NCBI RefSeq assembly: GCF_046119375.1
Contig: NW_027362761.1
Coordinates: forward strand, 260,152,001 to 260,216,000
Direction of reading: 5' to 3'
Length of the DNA stretch: 64,000 nt
Origin: Phyllobates terribilis
Taxonomy: Eukaryota
The notes beneath the pieces were generated by a model. That model was given only the letters and a program-made list of their open reading frames with translations, had not been told where the DNA came from and made no database searches. This document shows, one piece after another, positions 1 through 12,366 of this stretch (position 1 is the first letter of the stretch; each line of letters opens with the position of its first letter). Position numbers and translations under genes: made by a program.

Positions 1-2540
1 ACTTGTACATAGTAATAAGATCACCCCTAAGCCTTCTTTTTTCCACAGTAAATAACCCCAAGTGTAATAACCTGTCTTGGTATTGCACAACCCCCAGTCC
101 TCTAATAACCTTGGTCGCTCTTCTCTGCACCCGCTCTAGTTCAGCTACGTCTTTCTTATACACCGGAGACCAGAACTGTACACAGTATTCTAAGTGTGGT
201 CGCACTAATGACTTGTATAGAGGTAAAATGATGTTCTCCTCATGAGCATCTATGCCTCTTTTAATGCATCCCATTATTTTATTTGCCTTTGCAGCAGCAG
301 CAGCAGCCTGACACTGACCACTAAACGTGAGCTTGTCGTTCACCAATACACCCAGGTCTTTTTCAGTTACAGTTTTGCCCAGTGTTTTACAATTAAGCAT
401 ATAATTATACATTTTATTTCCTCTGCCCAAGTGCATTACCTTACATTTATCCCCATTAAAGCTCATTTGCCATTTATCAGCCCAAGCTTCTAGTTTACAT
501 AGATCCTCCTGTAATATAAAATTGTCCTCCTCTGTATTGATTACCCTGCAGTTTAGTGTCATCTGCAAATATTGAAATATTACTCTGTATGCCCCCTACA
601 AGGTCATTAATAAATATGTTAAAAAGAAGGGGGCCCAATACTGACCCCTGTGGTACCCCACTGTTAACTGAGACCCAGTCTGAGTGTTTTCCATTAATAA
701 CCACCCTTTGTTTCCTATCACTGAGCCAATTCTTAACCCACATACATATATTTTCCCCTATCCCTATTGTTCTCATTTTATGTATCAACCTTTTGTGTGG
801 AACCGTATCAAAAGCTTTTGAAAAGTCCATATACACAACATCCACTGCATTTCCTTGGTCCAGTCCAGAACGTGCCTCCTCATAAAAACTGATCAGATTA
901 GTTTGACAGGAACGGTCCCTCATAAATCCATGTTGATATTGGGTCATGAGGTTATTCTTCTTCAGATACTCTAGTATAGCATCTCTTAGGAAACCCTCCA
1001 GGATTTTATCCACAGTAGAGGTTAAGCTTACCGGCCTATAATTTCCAAGTTCAGTTTTTGTCCCCTTTTTGAATATTGGCACCACATTTGCTATACGCCA
1101 GTCCTGTGGTACAGACCCTGTTATTATGGAATCTTTAAAGATTAAAAATAATGGTCTATCTATGACGTTACTTAATTCCTGCAGTACTCGCGGGTGTATC
1201 CCATCCGGGCCCGGGGATTTGTCAACTTTAGTGATTTTTAGACGCCGCCGTACTTCCTGCTGGGTTAAGCAAGTGACATTTACTGGAGAATTTTTGTAAT
1301 CACTAATCATGTTTTCTGTCATGCGATTTTCTTGTGTAAATACGGTTGAAAAAAAATCATTTAGCATATTGGCTTTTTCCTCATCCTCATCCACCATTTC
1401 ACCCAGACTATTTTTAAGGGAGCCAACACTATCATTTTTTAGTTTTTTACTATTTATGTAGTTAAAGAATATTTTGGGGTTATTTTTACTTTCTCTGGCA
1501 ATGATTCTCTCTGCCTCAATCTTTGCTGCCTTGATTTGGTTTTTACATAATTTATTTAATTTTCTATATTTATTTAATGCCTCATCACTACCTACTTGCT
1601 TTAGTTCTCTAAATGCTTTCTTTTTGTCACTTATTGCACCCATTACAGCTCTATTTACCCATAGTGGTTTCCTCCTATTTCTAGCATGTTTATTCCCATA
1701 GGGTATATATTGTACACAGGTCCTATTCAGGATGTTAATAAATGTCTCCCATTTGCTTTGTTTTATCTTTATGTCTCAGGATATCGTCCCAGTTTATTGC
1801 ACTAAGATCATCTCTTAACCGTTGGAAATTTGCCTTCCTGAAGTTTAGTGTCCTTGTAACCCCTCTACTACACATCTTATTAAAGGTTACATGAAAACGT
1901 ATTATTTTGTGATCACTATTACCCAAGTGACCCCCAACTCGTATATTTGATATGCGGTCTGGCCTATTGGTTAATATTAGGTCTAGCAGTGCCCCCCTTC
2001 TTGTTGGGTCCTGAACCAGTTGTGAAATGTAATTGTCTCTCATAGTAGTCAAAAACCTATTTCCTTTGCTTGAACTACATGTTTCTGTCCCCCAATGTAT
2101 TTCAGGGTAGTTGAAGTCTCCCATAATAATGACTTCTCGATGAGACGCTGCTTCATCTATTTGCTTTACGAGGATATTCTCCGCTACTTCCATTATTTTT
2201 GGAGACTTATAACAAACTCCTATCAGTAATTTATTATTTTTCCCCCTCCCCTTATCTCCACCCACAGGAACTCTACATTTTCATTAGATTCACATATATC
2301 CTCCCTCAAGACAGGTTTTAAGGATGATTTTACATATAAACACACCCCACACCCCCCCTCGCTTGTTTGTTCGGTCGGTCGGTCATTTCTGAACAGACTA
2401 TAGCCCTGTAAATTAACTGCCCAGTCATGGCTCTCGCCCAGCCACGTCTCAGCTATCCCTACCATGTCATAATTATTTTCCAACAAAATTAATTCTAATT
2501 CCTCCATTTTGTTGGTGAGGCTTCTGGCATTAGTGTACAT
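1..2540 (-). pseudogene. CR1 ORF2 (APE endonuclease + reverse transcriptase), frameshifted
   Basis: Pieces 2223-2540 (YTNARSL, IAETW), 1735-2265 (GDFN, LDLILT, SDH), 495-1643 ([35 protein letters not shown]) and C-terminal LYKSLVRPHLEY near 180-220; at least 3 frameshifts. Confidence 0.92.
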
Positions 2541-2685
2541 GCATTTTATGTATCTCTCTGTACCTCTATTCCTTCTTACTTTATTGACTGTTCTAGCCCC
2601 ACCCCCAATTTCTTTATTTGTGCCCAGGTCACTATCTGCACTATCTTCCCCACCTATAAAATGAATACCCTCCCCCCCCCAATCC

Positions 2686-2905
2686 CTAGTTTAAACACTC
2701 CTCCAACCTTCTAGCCATTTTCTCCCCCAGCACAGCTGCACCCTCCCCATTAAGGTGTAGCCGGTCCCTAGCGTAGAGTCTGTAGCCAACTGAGAAGTCG
2801 GCCCAGTTCTCCAGGAACCCAAATCCCTCCTTCCTACACCAGTTCTTGAGCCACTTATTTATCTCCCTAATCTTCTGTTGCCTCTCTGGCATGGCACGTG
2901 GTACC

Positions 2906-2938
<33 letters not shown>

Positions 2939-3669
2939 CTTGCTTTCAGCTTGCAGCCTAATTCCCTGAAATCATCTGTAAGGACCTTCCACCTACCTCT
3001 AACTTTGTCATTTGTGCCAATGTACACCATGACCGCTGGGTCCTCACCAGCCCCTCCCAGTAATCTGTCAACCCGATCAGCGATGTGCCGGACTCGAGCG
3101 CCAGGTAGGCAGCACACTGTTCGACGATCCCCGTCTTTGTGACAGATTGCCCTATCTGTTCCTCTAATAATTGAGTCCCCCACTACCAGCACCTGCCTGG
3201 CCTGCCCTACTCTCCTATTTCCTTCTTTACTGGAGCTGACACTCCTCCGGCTTTCAGGGGACATGCCTTGCTGCAGTAGTGCTACCCCTGTACCGTCACT
3301 CCCCTCATCTGCCAACTTTGCAAACCTATTGGGGTGTGCCAGATCAGGACTAGCCTCCCTGGCACTCTTCCCTCTACCACCCCTTCTAACTGTCACCCAA
3401 CTAGCGACCTCACTGTCCTGCAGCTCCCGACTACCACCCTCCCCCACATCTACCCCAGTGAGCTGCTGCTCAGTGAGCAGCAGACTCCTTTCCATGTTGT
3501 CAATGGATCTCAGTATTGCCAGCTGCTCATTTAGATCCAGTATCTGGGCTTCCAAACGCACAACGTGCACACATCTCGCACAGCAGTATGCACCCACGAC
3601 TGGCTGTTCAAGGAATACATACATGTGGCAAGATGTACACTGGATAGCATTGTCAATAATGGAGCTCAT
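2686..3669 (-). CDS. CR1 ORF1 protein (zinc-finger/leucine-zipper plus SGNH/GDSL esterase-like domain), intact 327 aa
   Basis: CTSCHMY..CARC followed by a heptad of Leu; GDSIIRG, GTND and DRLHLN esterase blocks; no stops. Confidence 0.9.
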
Positions 3670-4009
3670 TTCCTAATGGGGATTGCAATATACAGAATGT
3701 TAAGTAAAAAGAAAAGAAATTAATGAAATACAGTCAGCAATTCAGTCCAAAGTCCTCCCTTCCAAACTCCCTGAATACAAAGTCACTGAAAAACAAGTCA
3801 CACACTAACTTTCGTTCGCACTTACGCTCCGGACACACGCAGCTCGTTCACACTCGCAAACTAAGAGATATAAAGAGGTTTTTTTTTTTTTTTTTCCCCC
3901 TTTTCCAGCAATGCACCCTTCACCTCAATGCACTTCCGGAAATACTTAATGTGCGCATCCCCTAACACCTTCCATTTATGCATTACAATTTGAAATGCAA
4001 AACAGTATT

Positions 4010-4441
4010 AAACTATTTCATAAAGTTTGTGTTACTTAGAAGTTTAAATACTAGGACATTTTTTTCCTGTTTTCTTTTGTCTAAACCTGGATGCGTCCTG
4101 TGGTCCGAAAAACACGGTATGTTTCAAAAATTGAGCTGATGTAAAGTAGACATGTGAGAATTATTATTTATTAACTAATTTGTGTGTGATATAGCTCTCT
4201 AGGACATAAAAATGAAATGTTTGAAAAATTTTGCCAAACATATGATTTTTCACAAATAAACGAGTCGTATAGAAAATTTTTTACCTCGATCATGAAGTAC
4301 AATGTGTCACAAAAAACAATCTCAGAATCAGGGGGATCTGTTGAAGCGTTCCAGAGTAATTACCTCATAAAGTGACACTGGTCAGAATTGTAAAAATTGG
4401 CCTGGTCAGGAAGGCGAAAAACAGGCTTGTGGATGAAGGGG
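4010..4441. mobile_element. Terminal fragment of non-autonomous piggyBac-like element
   Basis: Ends GAAGGGG|TTAA at 4441/4442-4445; reverse complement matches the element starting TTAA|CCCCTT at 27294 and the end at 39460. Confidence 0.7.
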
Positions 4442-5933
4442 TTAAAAGATCCTACTAGAAACATAGAATTCCTTGAACAAAAGAAGGCTCACTACCGGGT
4501 GTGTTAGGTGGTCAGCCATAGGGCTAGACTGACACCGTATCTGACCGCCAAACTGCTATACAGTTACCGTACATACTGTATGTATGTACCACTCACGCTT
4601 ATGAAATTAAACAAAAAAAAAAGAAATGTAAAATGAAGAATTTGGAGGCATTTTGCAGTTTGTGAACACGGCCTAGTAGAGCATTATAGCGATGATTTCT
4701 TGGTAATTCCTCCATGTTCTCGTACCTACAGATTCATAACAGGATCATATAACAAGATGTCACAGAACAATTACAGCTCCCACCATACAACTCATTAAGT
4801 TAAAGTAAAACTTTATTTTTATATTGGTCTAAATAACAAAACTCAATACACAACCCGCTTATTGTCCTTCCATAAACCAAATACTACAAAGCGTAATACT
4901 ACAGTGACTCTAAAGCACAGCACCCCTAATGTACTCCTCGGGGAACACTTACTGCATTTGTACCCAAAACTTTGCACAATTTGCAACATTTCCTTGCTGT
5001 AACTGTGTGTGCTAAGTTTATTAATACACCATATTTTATACTAAAACTTAAGAATGACAAGACAAGGAGATCTAGCATGAAGCATGACATGTATGGATTC
5101 ATTTCTATATAAAGTCACAAACGGGTGGATTATCTTGACAGGTCAAAGTTGTTTTAAAGAGCTTTAATCAGAAAACGACTTATCGTCTGAGTCGGGTATT
5201 TGTGTTAAATGTATTTAAAACACAATATTGCCAATTTAAATTTTTTTTAGATATCACAATCTATAAAAAATATAAATAGAAATTTTGCAATTTTCACACT
5301 GGGCACCGGGGCTTTTTTAGCCTCTTAAAGTGAACCTGTCATGTAAAATAATGCTATTAACCTGCAGGTTAATAGCGTTCTGAACCTGCCCACCACCCAC
5401 ACTTAGAGCCCCGCAGCCGGGAGGATATTAACTTTACCCCTCACCCCCTTTCCCCGACAGTGAGTGCGGATGATTTTCCACAACTCTACTACTTTGGTCT
5501 CCCAATTCAACCTGCACCCCCTCATCAACGCGAAGTGCGCTCCATATTTCTCTACGCTTAAGGGGACCTGTCAAATTCTGTCAAAAAACATCTTCATGAA
5601 TCGGGCCCATTGTCACGTAGTCTAAGCCGTTATACACAGATGTTTAAGAGGTTTTTTTAATTCTATAGTAAGCACCAAACATTCCTAACCAAAAAAAGAG
5701 ATTAATCCTTTATATAGCAAAACAAACCGTTACTAAACTATAAAAATTCCCAAAATTAAAAAAAACAAAAAAACATCAAACCTAAAAATATGAGATTGCC
5801 CAAAAATGTGTTTTCAGAAAAATATCTAAAATGTGTTTCCTATTTTTTTTTTAGATCTTTTCTTGGTCACCAATATCCCACCTCCTTGTATATGAATTCT
5901 AGCAGCACGTGTGCCAAGTGTGTTACAGTGTAA

Positions 5934-6055
5934 GGCTTTATTCACACATCAGTATCTGTATGCCAAACCCAGGAGTCAATCTTTCAATTTTAGTTTTTCT
6001 CTGTAAGTCCCACTCCTGGTTTTGGCATACAAACACTGATGTGTGAATAAGCCCC
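5934..6055. mobile_element. Short palindromic PIF/Harbinger-type MITE
   Basis: TIRs GGCTTTATTCACACATCAGT / ACTGATGTGTGAATAAGCC; related copies near 8035-8160, 24293-24432 and 48135-48280. Confidence 0.65.
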
Positions 6056-6199
6056 AACACATCTCCATCACAAATGAAGAAAAAGCCTGAATAGCCCTTG
6101 CCTTGTTTTCTCGTAGTACAAAGAAGTAACCAATTTGATTGACTCAAGATGATCTAGCTCTTAAAAAAAAAAAATATTAAGAAATAGAAAAACAAAACT

Positions 6200-6205
6200 T
6201 TTATT
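6200..6205 (-). terminator. Probable APEX1 polyadenylation signal AATAAA
   Basis: TTTATT on plus, about 330 nt past the APEX1 stop codon. Confidence 0.55.
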
Positions 6206-6531
6206 CTTTCAGTCAAACACTACATGGCAAAAGCCAATTAAAAGAAAAGCACCACCAAGCTTTCCCTAATCTCATGACCAATATACATCATTAACCTCTA
6301 TATGACCATGACTAAGTCAATATCGCTTTATAAGGGCATTTTTTAGCAAATCTATATACGTTATACAGGCCAGTGTAATGGACCATTCTGAAATCGCAGA
6401 ATATCAACGAGCTGAACTATATTTTCATGGTCATGTAGAGAGTTGTGTCGCAGTTTACCAAGTGCTATGCTTATATCATAGTTCAAGGTAAACGTCCATA
6501 CAGTATGTCTAGGGTCAACCACCAGTAGCCT

Positions 6532-7046
6532 TTATATGGCCATATAAAGGGTTATTGGGCAGTGGTCACTTCCCATGGCTTTGCTCCTGATTTTGCTGTC
6601 ACACAAGGTTGGAAGCAAAGCTTTTGACAGGACAAAGTAATCCAGTCTCCAGCCAACATTCTTGCCCCGAGCATTCATCATGTAAGTCCAAAAGGTATAC
6701 GCATACTGCTTGTCGGGGTACAGCTGACGAAAGCTGTCTATAAAGCCTTCATCCAGCAGTGCCCCGAATCCCTCTCTCTCCTGGGGAGTGAATCCAGGGG
6801 TTTTCTTGTTGGTTTTGGGGTTCTTCAAGTCAATCTCCTGATGTGCAACATTTAAGTCTCCGCACAAGATGAGTGGCTTTTTGCTGTCTAATCCCTTTAA
6901 ATAAGCACGGAAGTCTACATCCCAGCGCTGACGGTAATCTAGACGGACAAGGCCACGGCTGGAGTTGGGAACATAAGTAGCCACCAAATAGAAGGAGTCA
7001 AACTCAGCAGTGATCACACGACCCTCCTTATCGTGCTCCTCAATCC
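6532..7046 (-). CDS. APEX1: APEX1 last coding exon ([10 protein letters not shown]...LYMAI*)
   Basis: CAG acceptor at 7049-7047; TAA at 6534-6532. Confidence 0.98.
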
Positions 7047-9208
7047 CTGGTAAGAAAGAGTTAGAAAAATAAGGTTAGAGACCTGAAAACAAAATGTATG
7101 TGACAAACTGCCCATGTGGCCAGTAAATAGGCAGATGCTGACCCACAAGATGGAATCTAAGACCACAAAGAAGAAGCCAACGGCCAGGTTCATCATTTGT
7201 GTTCTATTAAAGTCACTTTTCATTTATTTGTCTTGTGGTATTCATTGACTCTTTTAGGACAAATTCCTCAATATGGGGCACGTGGTTCATGACTTTTGCA
7301 CAAACTCAAACAGTGCTAAAACGATGCAAGATTTGCACAAAAACGTCAGGCACACATAAAATTGCTTTAGAATGGAAGTGGAGTACATTTGCAAAAAATT
7401 TAGCAACTTTTTAAAAAGTCGCAATTGATGAATCAACCTGAAAACATCTGGAAACTCCATTGCCTGCCTACAATGACAAACATAAAAAACAGGGGTGGGG
7501 GGGGGTGACGAACACATAAAAGGAACTTTAAAGAGGTTGTCCACTACTTTTTCATTGATGACCTGTCCTTAAGATAGGTCATCAATGTCTGATCAGTCGG
7601 GGTCCGACCCCTGCCAATCAGCTGTCATCGGCGCTGGCGGCCACCGACCGGAACTGCTCAATTGCGGAGCTGTTCCGTCTTCTGATAGTGGCCGAGGCTT
7701 GGTACTACTATTCATATCAATAGGATGCGGATGTGCTGCAGTACCAAGCCTAGGCCACTATCAGAAGACTGCCAGCTCTGCAAGTGAGTACTTCCAGCCG
7801 GCGCCGGCGATGACAGCTGATCGGCGGGAGTGCCAGGTGTTGGACCCCGACTGATCAGACATTCAAGACCTATCCTAAGGACAGGTTATCAATGAACAAG
7901 TAGTGGACTTTTTTTTTTTTTTTTTTTTAAAAAGGCGCAAATAGCTGGGAAAAAAAAAAAAAGTAGACACGAAGCAATAATGAATAGGGCACTTAAAAAA
8001 AATATATATATATATTATTCAATAGCTTTGTTCAGTGTAAGGCCACGCTCACAGGGTCAGTATTCCGCTGGGGAAAAATACAGAAGTGGTGACGTGTTTC
8101 TATTTTACTTTTTCTCTGATTGTTCCACTCCTGGTTTTGGCTTACAAATACTGATGTGGATCTCAAAACTCCCACCAGCAGGTGCAGACGTGCTCAGTTT
8201 ACTCTCAGGTTCCAGCAGGGCTCAATTTAAAGTCTAAGGGTCACTAGACAGCTCGAAGATCAGCTGAACACTTTTGCCCCTTCCTTTCACTAATTGACAG
8301 GGTTTCCTGGAACCACCCATCACATTGATCAAAATTACTGAATACTGGCTATCACACATGACAAGTTAATTTTTAAAGGTTTAGTTCCACTTTGAAAAGA
8401 AATTTCCCCATGTCTCAGAGATTCATTTTTAGCTGGGATCTTCAAAGTAAACTACTCTCCACCGTGACTCCTTGCATTTAGTAATGAACAGGGTCTAAAT
8501 ATTCAGACAGCCAAACTTTGCCCACATTTCCAAACGTGCAAGCTGCGATCCAAAACGTCAATCTGCATAGAAGAAGTCTAGCAGAAAATTGCCTGAATAT
8601 ACTTACCAATGCCATACGAGACATCAAGAGGCTTCTCCTTGCAAAGCATTGCCACTCCGCTGTAACCCTCCTTTTCATCAGAACAGGCCCAATACTTATG
8701 GGGGTACTCTGGCATTTCCTTAATGTCTGCAGGGAGAGCCTTCTCTGCACACTTTGTCTCCTGAAGACAGAGGATGTCGGGGTCCTCCTCTCGTACCCAC
8801 TGTGCAGGGTATAAAACAACGCATTATACAGAATCCACAGCAGGTAATCGCAGTACAGCAACCGCAGGACAAATTAGGTAATGCACCTACCGTTAAACCA
8901 CCTTTTTTGACCCATGCTCTAACACCATCAACGTTCCAGGAGCTGATTTTCAGTGTGGACTTCTTGCCATCTTCAGTGGTCAGTTTGTCAGGGGCATCCT
9001 CGTACAGGATCACGGGTTCAGCTTCCTTACCTCCCTTCTTTCCCTTCTTGTTTTCAGGTTCTGATAGATGTATAGACACATGATGAAGACTAAAGGCTAC
9101 AAATGGCTGGAGTATTTCCATAAGCCACCCAGGACTTCACCTACCCTCATCTTGTACAGAAGACTCCGTCTCACACTTAACGTCGTCCTTCTTTCCTCTT
9201 TTAGGCAT
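6532..9208 (-). CDS. APEX1: DNA-(apurinic/apyrimidinic site) endonuclease 1, 313 aa; join(9145-9208, 8891-9060, 8607-8799, 6532-7046)
   Basis: MPKRGKK start, [40 protein letters not shown]; canonical GT-AG sites; the 193-nt exon and intron phases match the human gene; 942 nt including TAA. Confidence 0.98.
7532..7908. mobile_element. T2/Kolobok-type palindromic MITE in APEX1 intron
   Basis: TTAA|AGAGGTTGTCCACTACT start; the whole element folds back; right end AGTAGTGGAC runs into poly-T. Confidence 0.75.
8607..8799 (-). CDS. APEX1: APEX1 coding exon 3 ([17 protein letters not shown]...SYGI)
   Basis: AG at 8801-8800, GTAAGT at 8606; 193 nt. Confidence 0.97.
8891..9060 (-). CDS. APEX1: APEX1 coding exon 2 (EPENKKG...[17 protein letters not shown])
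   Basis: AG at 9062-9061, GTAGGT at 8890; 170 nt. Confidence 0.96.
9145..9208 (-). CDS. APEX1: APEX1 first coding exon ([21 protein letters not shown])
   Basis: ATG at 9208; CAG acceptor at 9212-9210; donor GTAGGT at 9144; phase 1. Confidence 0.9.
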
Positions 9209-9375
9209 TCTGATGATCAAAGAGATCAGACGTGGATACAGCAAGGATCGGAGCGTCTTGTATTTGCACCTGTCCAGAAGTAAATAATGCTATGTTCAAC
9301 CCTTTATACCTGGTGTGCGAGACATAAAATACCAAGTCAGTACAAAAATGTAATCAACCAGTAGGGCTAGATCAA

Positions 9376-10252
9376 TGTTAAAAGGCTCGGATGCCGCACA
9401 CAGTACGCAGAGAGTATGGCAGAGGTTTAATTCAAGATTTGGTTTCTCCACGCAGGGAGTGTAAATTTACGTAACACAACAATAAAACAGTAAAATAAGA
9501 CAATAAACGATTGTGGTTTAACTATAACACGGAAAGGATGAACAATACGGCGCAGTCCCAAAAGTTCAGGCTGAATAAGAGAAGGTAGATTACTGGAGGC
9601 TTGCACTTATCTGTCCTTTAGCGATAACTACGTCCGTCTTCAGACACTCACTCTCGGAGGGTGTCCGTCTTCTGGCGGCAGTGAGCGGTTTTGGGTCTCA
9701 CCCACTGGGCCCCCAGTCCTTTTGACCACACAACAGCGGTCACGACTCCTTTAAGAGCCGTAGCAAGCTCCTCCGGTGTACAACAAACTGTGTGAGGATC
9801 ACTAATCCCGGGTGCGTCCTCACCCGTAGGTCACCGTCAGATGTCGGGAAAACTGTGGTGACGCAGGTAACTAAACGATCACTTTCTGTAGGCCCGGTAC
9901 AGACCGCACGCACCTTGTTTTGCGGCAAGCGGTGTCACCCGTTCGTCTGTCACCGCAGACAGGTCAGCACGTCCCTATTTCACCGAGGACAGGGCAGCAC
10001 GTCTCTCTCTTGTTGTCGGCAGGTCAGACTGTTTTTCCCAACTGCCGGTATGCTCTCCACAACCAACTGTCTCTTTCGCACGAGCCCAGACACCTGACTT
10101 CCTCTCTTCAGTCCCTCTCCTCTGTCCCCCAGCACTGTCCAGGAAGTCCCCGGTGCACTCTTAATCCCGTCCCCTGGCAACACTGGGCAGAACTCTGGCA
10201 GTTCCGGCACCGAAGCTCCGCACCAGTCCCTAGGCAAGTCTTCCTTCTTACA
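9376..10252. mobile_element. Possible solo LTR in APEX1 5' intron
   Basis: TGT...ACA termini, flanks TCAA/TCTA (imperfect 4-bp TSD), about 880 bp, no coding potential. Confidence 0.4.
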
Positions 10253-11004
10253 TCTACATTATCTATTACTTACCATTCAGCTTGTATGGCAGGAAAGCTT
10301 ATGCCATACACGCTTACGTTTCCAGAGGACTTCATTGCAAGGCAGAGGCCAAAAAACTGACTTCTTGGCTTATGCCTGGTTGGTATATAAGAGCTTACTC
10401 AAAAAAGACAAATAATGGAACAGAGTGTAGACTAGACTTTTTTGTTCCATGGGATCCAGTAAAAGTATGAATGTGATAAAAAAGTTTTTTTTTTACATGG
10501 AAGTCTATGGGTGATTGATGCCACTGTTAAACAGAGTCTGAAAGGCATACCGGACATATGTCGGGAGCTTTTCCTGGGGTGTATGTTTAAAAAAAAAAAA
10601 AGAGACAAAAAAACATGGTGTGTACATAGCCCAAGCAGTTCTCCCAATATAGAGAGTGCAGTAGGAAACAGCATGGACATCCCAATACTAAGATCAGGCT
10701 GTCTGCATTATTCCAAGGATAACAATACATCTGCCTACAACCTTCCTCCTTCTTTAACAATGTACAATCTGGAGATTGCAGAAAGATAATAGGGGACAAT
10801 TACTAAGGCTGTTGTTTCTAGATGATTGGCTTCAGCGGTCATCTGCCTGTCCCCACCAGAAGTGGAAGCTCTGAGACCAGCGATGGACCTGGCAGTGCTA
10901 CAGAAGGTAGACAGGGATCAGTAGGGGAGTATATATAATGCTTTATTTTCAATGGTGCAGGGGCCACTTGTAGAAAAACAGAATGGAGTAGACAACCTCT
11001 TTAA

Positions 11005-11675
11005 AGGGAATCTGTCGCCCTTTCATACTTTGAGTTATTAATATGGGCATACAGGTTGTATACAGCTGAGATTAGTCATACCTGTATGCCTCCTGGATGA
11101 TGCCTTGTTCAGTAAATATCATCTTTTATAGCTTTGATCTTCCAGGCTATGGGGGGTACGTGGCCCGGAAGATAAGACTGCCTCCGGTCTTCATTATACA
11201 AGATTTCTCCTCCCCTTCTCTTCAGTTTCCCACATTCTGCCTGCCGTCTCTCATCTGCACCGTTCTGCTCTTCTGTGGGCACGGTATTCAATTTTAATGT
11301 GGGCAGGCGGCAGAGAGTCACTGTCACTTCCGGTCCCAGTGATCTCCGGTGCACAGTAAAGGTGATTCCCCACAGTGCAGAGGAGAGACGACAGGCAGGA
11401 TGCGCAGGCGCGGGATGTCCGGCAGCGCACATAACAACAAAAGGAAACTGAAGAGAAGGGGAGGAGAAATCTTGTATAATGACGACCGGAGGCAGTCTTA
11501 TCTTCTGAGCAGCGTACGCACCATAGCCTGGAAGATCGAAGCTATAAAAGATGACTTTTACTGAACAAGGCATTATCCAGGAGGCATACAGGTACAGTAT
11601 GACTAATCTCAGCTGTATACAACCTGTATGCCCATATTAATAACTTAAAAAGTTCAAAGGAGTGACAGATTCCCT
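11005..11675. mobile_element. T2/Kolobok-type MITE with long inverted arms
   Basis: TTAA|AGGGAATCTGTC ... GACAGATTCCCT|TTAA; arms of about 270 bp are reverse-complementary. Confidence 0.88.
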
Positions 11676-11679
11676 TTAA

Positions 11680-11990
11680 GGACCTGTTCATATCATGTTT
11701 GTACAGTATGCTTGACGGAAACTGTCAGTGAATTCATGGAGCTGAGACCACGGGCGGTGTGACTCCGAGCCTGGCTGTATGATTGCTGCTCGGGATGTTC
11801 TACTCCATGGCCAGCTTCTTCTAGTTGACTGACAGGTCTCCCACACACAGTGACCCGGACCAGTGCCGCCTCTCCCCATAGCCCCCGGACGCCACATGTC
11901 ACTGTACACCACACCTGGCTGCAGTCGCACAGAGGCTCGGATCTCTACGGCCTGTGGTTCAGGCAGCGCTGATCTGATCACAGGTTCCCT
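11680..11990. mobile_element. Second T2/Kolobok-type MITE abutting at shared TTAA
   Basis: Ends CAGGTTCCCT|TTAA; degenerate left TIR GGACCTGT. Confidence 0.55.
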
Positions 11991-12030
11991 TTAATTCACA
12001 CAATGTGCGGATTGAAAAAGCCATCCTTTA

Positions 12031-12366
12031 GAGTATGTGCCCACGTAGCATTTTACAAGCGTATATGCTGCGGAATTTCCACAGTGTAAACGCTTGTGAA
12101 ACGCTAGGTAATCCGTCCCCCACGGTCCCCAATGAGAATCCGCAACTTCAATGCCCATGCTGCGGATTTTTCCGCAGTGTTTTTGATGCGCTCAAAAATC
12201 AGCAGCATGTCCATTCATTTTGCGTTTCCGCATGCGGAATTGCCTTGTCAATGCAAGAAAAAACGCAAGGCAATTCCGCATGTCCAAAACGCTTCTAAAA
12301 CGCGCAAAAAACGCTTGCCAAATTCCGCAAGTGTTTTTCCGGGAAAGGACATGTGGGCACATAGCC
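12031..12366. mobile_element. PIF/Harbinger-type MITE
   Basis: TTA TSD both sides; TIR (G)TATGTGCCCAC / GTGGGCACATAGCC; left part matches the reverse complement of the 28769-29594 element. Confidence 0.8.

Larger units (their letters stand above)
1..3900 (-). mobile_element. CR1-clade non-LTR retrotransposon, 5'-complete, 3' end beyond window edge
   Basis: ORF1 (Cys-rich N-terminus plus SGNH esterase) followed by APE endonuclease and RT fragments, all on minus; 5' UTR extends to about 3880-3960 (boundary approximate). Confidence 0.95.

Noticed and set aside
1735-2540. Link between the CR1 APE-type endonuclease and neighbouring APEX1 (duplication or capture)
   Set aside because: It is the standard LINE endonuclease in normal ORF2 position; the shared fold is ancient and the adjacency is coincidental.
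556-3676. Plus-strand ORFs (556-885, 2846-3142, 3263-3676)
   Set aside because: Antisense shadows of CR1 coding sequence.
8478-9283. Extra ORFs around APEX1 (8478-8861, 8518-8814, 8754-9083, 9068-9283)
   Set aside because: Alternative-frame or antisense readings of APEX1 exons and introns.
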